Shown piece after piece: positions 56,002 to 64,000 of a stretch of 64,000 nt of DNA (position 1 is its first letter; the number at the start of each line of letters is the position of its first letter). The stretch is taken from NCBI GenBank assembly GCA_009914755.4, contig CP068257.2, positions 36,960,001 through 37,024,000 on the forward strand. The letters run 5' to 3'. A program made the translations under genes and the position numbers. The notes under the pieces are model-generated. The model was not told where the DNA came from. It made no database searches and saw only the letters and a list, made by a program, of their open reading frames with translations. Origin of the DNA: the human T2T-CHM13v2.0 reference genome, Homo sapiens.

Positions 56002-57164
56002 ATGGTCTACAAGCATATGAAAAGATGCTCAATGTCACTAATCATCAGAAAAATGCAGATTGAAAACACAAAGAGATGTCACCTCACACCCATTAGGATG
56101 AACACTATAATTTTTTAAAAATTAAAAACAAGTGTTGGTCAGGATGTAGAGGAGGTAGAACCCTTATGCACTGTTGATGGGTGATAGGGTTTGGATCTGT
56201 GTCTCCACCCAAGTCTCACCTTGAATTGTAATAATCCCCACGTGTTGTGGAGGGACCCAGTGGGAGGTAATTGAATCATGAGAGCAGGTCTTTCCTGTGT
56301 TGTTCTCGTGATAGTGAATAAGTCTCACGAGATTTGATAGTTTTATAAAGGGGAGTTCCCCTGCACATGCTCTCTCTCTCTCGCCTGCTGCCATGTAAGA
56401 TGTGACTTTCCTCCTCCTTTGCCTTCCACCATGATTGTGAGGCCTCCCCAGCCATGTGGAACCATGAGTCAATTAAACCTCTTTCCTTTATAAATTACCC
56501 AGTCTTGAGTATGTCTTTATTGGCAGCATAAAAACAGACTAATACAGTGGGATTGTAAAATGGTGTAGCCCCTCTGGAAAACAGTATGGAGGGTCCTCAA
56601 AAATTAAAACCAGAAATGCTGTGTGGTCCAGAAATCCCACTTCCGTGTCCATATATCCAAACTAACTGAGATAGATATTTGCATACCCACATTCTTGGAA
56701 GGACTAATCACAATAGCCAAGAAGTAGAAGCAACCCAAATGTCCATGGATGGATGAATAAATGAAATTTAGAATATACATACCATGGAATATTATTCAGC
56801 CTTAAAAAGTAAGAAAGTCCTGTCCCATGTTACAACATGAATGAACCTTGAGGACATTAAGCTAAGAAATAAGCCAGCCACAAAAAAAAGATAAATATGG
56901 TATGATTCTAGTTATATAATGTATCTAAGGGAGTGAAATTCATGGAAACAGAAAATAGAATGGGTTACCACAGGCTGGAGAAAGTAGGGAGAGGGGAGTT
57001 ATTGTTTGCTGAGTGTAGAGTTTCAGATTTGCAAGATGGAAAATTTCTTCAGTTTTGTTTCAGAACAATGTGAAAATACTTAACACTACTGAACTCTACA
57101 CTTAAATATGATTAAGATGGTAACTTTCATGTTATGCATTTCTTTTTACCATAATAGAAAAAAA
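56002..57164 (+). mobile_element. LINE-1 3' fragment (L1M-type), split by a nested MaLR LTR at 56182-56547.
   Basis: The 5' piece, ...atgaaaagatgctcaatgtcactaatcatcagaaaaatgcagattgaaaacacaaagagatgtcacctcacacccattaggatg...caagtgttggtcaggatgtagaggaggtagaacccttatgcactgttgatgg, resumes exactly in register after the LTR: tgggattgtaaaatggtgtagcccctctggaaaacagtatggagggtcctcaaaaattaaaaccagaaatgc...ggttaccacaggctggagaaagtagggagaggggagttattgtttgctgagtgtagagtttcagatttgcaagatggaaaatttcttc...cttaaatatgattaagatggtaactttcatgttatgcatttctttttaccataat. Possible TSD tcatt(t)aaaaa. Confidence 0.8.
56182..56547 (+). mobile_element. Solitary MaLR LTR, THE1-type, inserted into the L1 at 56002-57164.
   Basis: tgatagggtttggatctgtgtctccacccaagtctcaccttgaattgtaataatccccacgtgttgtggagggacccagtgggaggtaattgaatcatgagagcaggtctttcctgtgttgttctcgtgatagtgaataagtctcacgagatttgatagttttataaaggggagttcccctgcacatgctctc...ctgctgccatgtaagatgtgactttcctcctcctttgccttccaccatgattgtgaggcctccccagccatgtggaaccatgagtcaattaaacctctttcctttataaattacccagtcttgagtatgtctttattggcagcataaaaacagactaatacag. 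Flanking 5-mers atggg and gtggg are consistent with a 5-bp MaLR TSD. Confidence 0.85.
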
Positions 57165-58629
57165 ATCATTTAAAAAGTGACTCTTCATAGAGCTTTTGTA
57201 TGGATTATATCAGTTCATGTGTGTAAAGCATACAACACTGGATGGCACGAGCGAGCATTTCTCAAATGTCATCGTTATCAACGAATTCACATACCCTGCT
57301 CCATGCTATATCAGCACACATGAATTATTTTATGTTTGGTTGGGTGCCTTTTTATTTGTTTGTATGGAGTTTTGTTTTCTTATTTATTTTTGCCTTCTCA
57401 ATTTTCTGTGTTTTCTGAGGCCTGTTTTAGAAGCTTTACACATCTATTTTTTAATTATTCCTTACCAGGATGAAAATAAAAAGTAGAAAATAAATGTCTG
57501 AGAAAACCATCATCTGCATCTCCTTCAATTTCATAAGATACAATTTGAAGTGCCGAATTATTTCATTTGTTTTGGGTTTTAAAGGTCCTTCTTTTTACTG
57601 AATGAGAGGGATGTAGATTGGCAGCAGTTGATATGAAAAAAAAAAAAAATCAGGTTGTTTCCAAAGGCAGTGTGATGGGCTGCCCTAAAGCTGCTGCCTC
57701 AAAAGAACCATAAGGTTCAGATCACAAAATATAATGGTCTCAGATTTCCTAGGGCCTGTTCTGTATATAATTCTCTAAGAAGAACATTGATAAAAAATAA
57801 TACGTCCACAAAAATAAAACCAATATGATAACTCTAAAATACATATTGTAGGAAATCAGGTTAAAATAAGTAGTTGTATTTTATCTGCAAAAGAGAAGTT
57901 TAAGGAAATACTGCTTTGAAATAAATGAAGATAAGTCAAATATTCATTCATTTATTCAGTTCTGAAATTATTCAGCCACTATTCACTGTAAGATTTCTAG
58001 GTACCATTCTAGGTGTTCCTAGTCCCCATTATGAGCAAAAGTCGCCACTTCACTGTGTTATTCGAGGAGGGAAAAGTAGATACGATGATGGAGGCATATT
58101 TGAGGTCGATATGAGAAAGTTCACGCTCACAAACACAGCTGTGCATAACGGGAATGGCTATTTTATGAGGGAGTAAGTTCCCTGTCCCTGGGAATATGCA
58201 GGAGGAGAAAATGTGAGCATTAAGAATGCCAAGAAGAAACTTCTAACTAGACCCCAAATATCTGGTGTAGATAACAATCAACCTCTCCTCCAACCAAAAA
58301 CTCTTCGAGTCCAGTTTTAAGGCACATCAAGTGGAGAGAACATCTGTATTCTCAGGGTGACTTCAGGACAGAATGCTAAGAAAATCTTCACTACTGACTT
58401 CCATGTTGCCTGCACGAAGACCCAATATTCCATTGTTTTTAACACAGACCTATAATGAATCTGTAACACTTATTCTATTAAAAATAGTCAGCTCCCTTTG
58501 CATGGATGCAGATTGATGATCCATTTTTAGAATCTCAATAATGATTACAATGGCACAGCATGTCACCTGGAAGGTATACTGTAGAATCCTTGCCTACAGG
58601 GTTTCACTGAAGCTTTGAAAAGAACATGA

Positions 58630-59245
58630 AGATAACTGCTAAAACTTGGAAGCAACCAAGGTTCCTTATATAGGTGAATGGATAAACAAAGTGTGGCACA
58701 TCAAGACAATGGAATATTATTTAGCAATGAAAGGAAATGAGCCGCCAAACCACGAAAAAACACGGAGGAATCCTGAGTGCATATTGCTAAGGGAAAAGTC
58801 AATATGAAAAGCCTACATACTATATGACTCCAACTACATGATATTCTAGAAAAGGAGACAGTAAAAAGATCAGTGGTTTCTATGGGTTAGTGAGGAGGAA
58901 GAGAAGGATGAATAGGGAGAGCCCGGGGCATTTTTAGGGCAGTGAAACTTTTCCATATGGTACTATCATAGTAGGATCTGTTTTTAACATAGACCCATAC
59001 TGAATCCTTTCTGAAAAATGTGAGCCTACTATAATAGTATAGCCTACTGTAATAGTAGGCTCACATTTGTCAAAACCCATAAAACATACAACACCAAGAG
59101 CAGGCCCTAATGTAAACTATAGACTTTAGGTGATAATGATGTGCCAACCTAGATTTATCAATTGTAACAAATATAACACACTAAAAAGCAAAAACAATCA
59201 AACTACTCTGAGATACCAAAAAACACCAGATATATGCATAAATAA
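58630..59245 (+). mobile_element. LINE-1 3' fragment (old L1M/L1P-type 3' end), containing an internal 16-bp perfect inverted repeat.
   Basis: ...ggaagcaaccaaggttccttatataggtgaatggataaacaaagtgtggcacatcaagacaatggaatattatttagcaatgaaaggaaatgag... and ...catttgtcaaaacccataaaacatacaacaccaagagcaggccctaatgtaaactatagactttaggtgataatgatgtgccaacctagatttatcaattgtaacaaatataacacactaa resemble the L1 3'-terminal 'tttgtcaaaacccatagaactgtacacc...ccctaatgtaaactatggactttag...caattgtaacaaatgtaccacacta' region as I recall it. Confidence 0.6.
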
Positions 59246-59700
59246 AGAAATAGTGAGTAATTCGATAAATGAAAAAGTAACCAAGAGGAAACTTCACAGG
59301 CATGATTCCTTTAAGGAAACAAAGAAATAAGCATAATAATAATAAACTTCTAATTTCTAAAATCCAAAAACTGTTACAAAAGGATTCAATGTGATATTTT
59401 TAAAGCACAATTATTGAGCATAAAATACAATCTGGAAGGCATATAACTTTGCAATAACCTTTTCTGTGTTTAGGTAAGGTTGACTGCAGAGTTGAGAGCT
59501 GGGCCATTGACATTTGAGGTCATGGTGGCAGCAGTCCGCCACTATTACCACCTATGTCCAAACATAGCTGACCCTAGCATGACTCAGGTTGAATAATATT
59601 CAGGAAATGAGGCCTTGGGCTAGGGTCCCAGCTCTTGCAATCACTAGTTCCACAATTTGGGGGAGGTGATTCTTCTAGGTCTCTATTTTCCCATACAAGA

Positions 59701-60073
59701 TGATATGGTTTGGCTGTGTCCCCATCCAAATCTCATATTGAATTGTAGTTCCCATAATCTCCATGTGTCATGGGAGGGACCAGGGCAGGTAACTGAATCA
59801 TGGGGGTGGTACCCTCTTGCTGTTCTCAAGATAGTGAGTGAGTTCTCATGAGATCTAATGATTTTATCTGGGGCTTTTCCCCCTATTGATCAGCATTTCT
59901 CCTTCCTGCTGCCATGTGAAGAAGGACATGTTTGCTTCCCCTTCTGCCATGATTGAAAGTTTCCTGAGGCCTCCCCAGCCATGTTGGAACTGTGAGTCAA
60001 TTAAACGTCTTTCCTTCATAAATTACCCATTCTCAGTTATGTACTTATAGGAGCCTAAGAATGAACTAATACA
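59701..60073 (+). mobile_element. Solitary MaLR LTR, MST-type.
   Basis: tgatatggtttggctgtgtccccatccaaatctcatattgaattgtagttcccataatctccatgtgtcatgggagggaccagggcaggtaactgaatcatgggggtggtaccctcttgctgttctcaagatagtgagtgagttctcatgagatctaatgattttat...cctgctgccatgtgaagaaggacatgtttgcttccccttctgccatgattgaaagtttcctgaggcctccccagccatgttggaactgtgagtcaattaaacgtctttccttcataaattacccattctcagttatgtacttataggagcctaagaatgaactaataca. Confidence 0.8.
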
Positions 60074-61884
60074 CAATAAATGCACAGAAGAGGTCAGCTA
60101 GCAGTTTTCACACCCGTCTCCAGGAGAAGAGAAGCTAGGAGGAGCAGGAGGGCAAGGAGGGTCCGGCTCCCACCAAAAGAGTTCACCCTCTGGGGGAAGG
60201 GCTACTTATTGGGCTTTTATGCAAAATTTTATTTGAACAAAGAATTCCTCAGCTTTAAAAATAGTGGCATCTGGTTCCTTTTCCCTGAAGGTATTTACTC
60301 AAGCCAAGGAATGAAGCACCTGTGGGTGAAGAGCAGATGAAAGCTGGAACTATAAAAGCCGGAGGGAAGCTTTTTCTCATTTCTAAGGAGATTATCAGGA
60401 AGAATGTACTCTGGCCCCTGGAAACCCATCCAACCTCTCCTCTCCCACCTGGGCTGGCTGCAGCAGCTCTGCAGGATGTCACCCAAAAAGCTCCGTTCCC
60501 AACCCTGCGGCCCACAGCCTGACAGGAAAAAGAACTCTCTCAACCTGGATTCCGGGGCCCTGTACTCTAATAGAGGGCTGGACACTGCCTGGCTGTCCCC
60601 CTGCTTAGAAGGAAGCAAATGTTTATTCAAAAATATTTATTAGGTAATACAACAAACTGTCAAAAAGGAAGAGGCGAACACTGTTACAGTTTACAAACAT
60701 GAACCATGGATTCTTAACAAATGGGAGACTTTAAATGGGGATGGAAATAAAGCCCCAAGGAGGGGAAAGATGTTGTGGAAATGCTGCCCAGTGGGAGGCA
60801 GGCTTGGAACCGCACGCTGGTCTGGCTGGTGATAATCTAGTCTAGATGAAGATCTGGACAGCATCCTTCTGCTCAGCCACTAGCCTCTCTTTGCTTTCTA
60901 GTCAGTGTAAAAAGCATCTCAAAACCATTGCTTTCCCAGACTTCAGTCTCCTGAAATGTGTGTGTGTGTGTGCATCCCATATGTGTGTCATTTTGTGTTT
61001 CTGCCAGCCTTTCTGTTGAAACTTGCCAGAGAAAATGACCCACCTGCGAATTGGCAAACGGAACCTGACTGAATAAAAACTCCTTGATTCAGAGCTTAAG
61101 AAACAATCCAGTGGATTTCTTACTAATCTGGGTGTTCAAAATAGTCTTTCTACTTACTTGGGCTCAATATTTTGGAAGCTATTGTGGTGAAATGAGTGAT
61201 CACGTTGGAATTAGACACTGTACTACTAATTGTGTGTCCTTGGAAAGTTACCTAACATTTCTGAGCTTCCATTTCCTCAACATAAAATGAGGATAAAAAT
61301 GTCCATCATGCAAGATTGTCCTGACAACTGTGCTACTGTCTACAGGATCCTAAGAAAGAGCAACTAAAATTATGTTAATGTTATTAATTATAATTTTAAT
61401 CATCAATACTGTTAATAATAATAAAAGACTTTAAAATAATTTCCTCGTTTTTAACTTACTGTAATATCAACTGTCTGTGGTAGCCTGTTCACTTGCTTTG
61501 TCCTTAGTCTTGTGATCCATGTCTTTTTCTTATCTGTTAGTTTTATGCTGTCTCTTCACAAGTTCTTTTTCTGCGTGTGTGTGTGTGTGTGTGTACACAT
61601 GTGTATGTATGCAAGTGTGTGTTCCAACAGGGGTTCCCACTTGCCCATTAGAAGTTTATGCTGGGGTCTAGATAATAAAAGTAAGAAATCCAGGACTACA
61701 CAAATGTTAACTGAGTGGATTGAAGAGCAAGAGAGTTCTCATCACAGCCAAACCTATGAGCACAATGCATTGGGCATATCAGAGAAAACGAAGATCTAAG
61801 GTAAGGTGTGAAACACAGCACATGCAACTCGAAATGCTGAGGGGAAGATCTGGTAGGGGGGCCTGGTTTGTGAAACTCCTCCGA

Positions 61885-62085
61885 TCTGGGTGCGCCAGTC
61901 CGGGTGCAATGTCCAGCTCAGCCACTTGTCCCCATGGGACCTTGAGCAAGTCACTCCATGATTCCATGCCTCAGGTTCCTGCTCTGTGAGTTGGGAATAA
62001 CAGAGCCCCTCCCAGTGGGTTGTTGTGAGGATTTGGGGAGTTAATCCAGGTAAAGCCCAGCACAGTCGGCATTCTATAAGCGTGA
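61885..62085 (+). mobile_element. MIR SINE fragment.
   Basis: ...gtccagctcagccacttgtccccatgggaccttgagcaagtcactccatgattccatgcctcaggttcctgctctgtgagttgggaataacagagcccctcccagtgggttgttgtgaggatttggggagttaatccaggtaaagcccagcacagtcggcattctataagcgtgagc matches MIR '...ccacttactagctgtgtgaccttgggcaagtcacttaacctctctgagcctcagtttcctcatctgtaaaatggggataataatacctacctcacagggttgttgtgaggattaaatgag...gcacatagtaagcgctc'. Confidence 0.6.
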
Positions 62086-63877
62086 GCTTCATCATGATCA
62101 TCTTATCACTTTGCGTGCATCTGGCCCTCCTCACTTACAACTACTGCACCCCGTGGTAGAATGCAGCACTCATCCAACAAGACTTGCAACTCACTTCATC
62201 TCTAAAATGTAACAGGTCCAGGTAAAAAAGGGCAGATTGAACTTGTGGGCTTACCTCTAGAATAATATCACTAAAAGTAGAAATTCAAATGGACAAAGGG
62301 AAGAAAGAAGAGACAACAGCCTGTGGAAGATGTTTGCAAAATTTGGAAGATGGAAAGCAAATAAGAGAATGGCAGTTGATGAGTGAGGGGACCTCCCTGC
62401 CAGAGGATGGGGGGAGTCAGTAAAGGGAAAGGCAATTTGCAACATACGACCCTGAGAGCTTTGGAAATTTGAGGTCACTCAGAGGGTGGGAGCAGGGCAA
62501 GGAATGGGGCTGAAAACATGAGAGTGTATGAGTGTTGGAGAAAGGGGAAATTCAAGTGCTCCCTCCTCCTCCCACATCCCCTTTCTGATCCCCTGCAGCC
62601 AGGTAACCATCCTGTGCCTAGCAGGTAATTTAGGGTTCCTCTCCAGAGAGAAATCAGGGACTCCAGGCTCTGCAGAGTGAGGGAATGAGGCAACATACTG
62701 AAAAGGGGGACCAAGTGAATGGCAAGGTACCTCCCCCAGGATCTTCCCTCTACTTCACCCTCAGAACCCTGCAGCCAGGATCTAACAACCCCACCCTCAT
62801 TCCACCACCCTTTCCACAGCTGACAACAGCAGTATTCTCCCCCAGGAGATGCTGACCAACCCAAGAGAAAGAGCTACTTAGACAGTCACTTATGGGTCCC
62901 CAATGACATAGTCAGGTGCTGATACCCATCACGGCACACACCCCCAGCCAACAAGCCCCACCTGGGCACACAGTTTCCTAGTGAATTATTCTGAATTATT
63001 TCCTAGTGAAGAGCATCCAAGGTCCACCAGACACTTGTGAAAAACTTCCAAGCATTAGAAATGATGACCAAAATCTAACAATCACGAAGAAAAAATGTGG
63101 AGCAAAAAGAGATGTTTTAACTTTAAAAAAAAAAACTATCATTAAGATCCTAAAGATAAGAACAAATAATACAGCCATTAAAAAAACAGTTAAAGATGCC
63201 TTGAATAAAAAGGATCAGAGAGGAGGTTCAACATCTAAATAACAAGAGTTCCAAGAAGAGAAAACATTTAAAAATGGAAGAGAAAATTCTCAAAGAAATC
63301 ATACAGAAAAATTTCCCACAACTGAAGAGGCCCACTGAGTACCCCACATAATAAAAGGAAGAAGACCCTAAACAAGGCACATCTCTGTGACATTTCAGGA
63401 CACTGAGATGAAAGAGAAAAACCTAAAACATTCAGAGAAGAGAAATGGGAACCAGGATGGCATCCCAAGCTTCTTGATAACAACAATAAGAGCTGGTAGT
63501 CTATGAAGCATCACTTTCACTTTCCAAATCGTGAGGGAAATGTTTCTTAAAGGGAATCAAAGGCCCAGCCAAGCCATCAATGTGAAGAACTACACCAACC
63601 ATGAGGCTGACAGGATAACCTGGAGACAGGGGACCCAGCATGAAAACCAACAGAATCCTAGGGTGCCAGAGGGCAGAGATGCCAGGACAGCCACGCCTGG
63701 AAACAGCCGGTTCCATCTGTGAGCACAGGGCTCCTTAAAGCACCCTCCCCCACAACAAAACAATAAAAACCCTGAGAGATGACCAAATTCATTCTAACAC
63801 ACTGAAAAGAGGAACTGGTTCTGCCAAGGAGTTTAAGGGAGTCTTATTGTAAGTACTTAGAAAAACCAAGGCAATAA

Positions 63878-63958
63878 AAAAATCATTGAAAATCAATGAA
63901 AAATCAATTGAAAATCATTGAAAATCAATGAAAAATCAATTGAAAATCAATGAAAAGT
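63878..63958. repeat. About 2.5 tandem copies of a 32-bp A-rich unit.
   Basis: aaaatcattgaaaatcaatgaaaaatcaattg, aaaatcattgaaaatcaatgaaaaatcaattg, aaaatcaatgaaaag. Confidence 0.85.
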
Positions 63959-64000
63959 TATTGTTTTTGAAAAAATCGAACATTACAGCACACTATATGA

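Overview
This window is primate (almost certainly human) nuclear genomic DNA, not a prokaryotic or phage sequence. I found no operons, CRISPR arrays, RBS-led ORFs or other bacterial systems, and I did not find a new 'system'.

Identification rests on at least 15 Alu SINEs, most with a poly(A) tail and a readable target-site duplication (TSD). The window also holds several 5'-truncated LINE-1 fragments with TSDs, three MaLR-family solitary LTRs (THE1/MST type), at least four MIR fragments, many microsatellites, and a roughly 1-kb CA-rich minisatellite-like block.

By eye the sequence is AT-rich, L1-rich and CpG-poor. That is typical of intergenic or deep-intronic 'gene-desert' DNA.

No six-frame ORF is longer than 216 aa. 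The longest ORFs fall inside Alu, L1, (CA)n or Pro/Ser-rich low-complexity sequence. I therefore call no protein-coding regions; one short candidate exon with canonical splice signals is flagged at low confidence.

The useful content here is repeat and structural: nested transposon insertions, a composite Alu, palindromic AT-rich tracts, local tandem duplications, and long STR/VNTR tracts likely to be polymorphic.

Coordinates were derived by hand from the 60-nt line numbering. Expect errors of a few bases at element boundaries.
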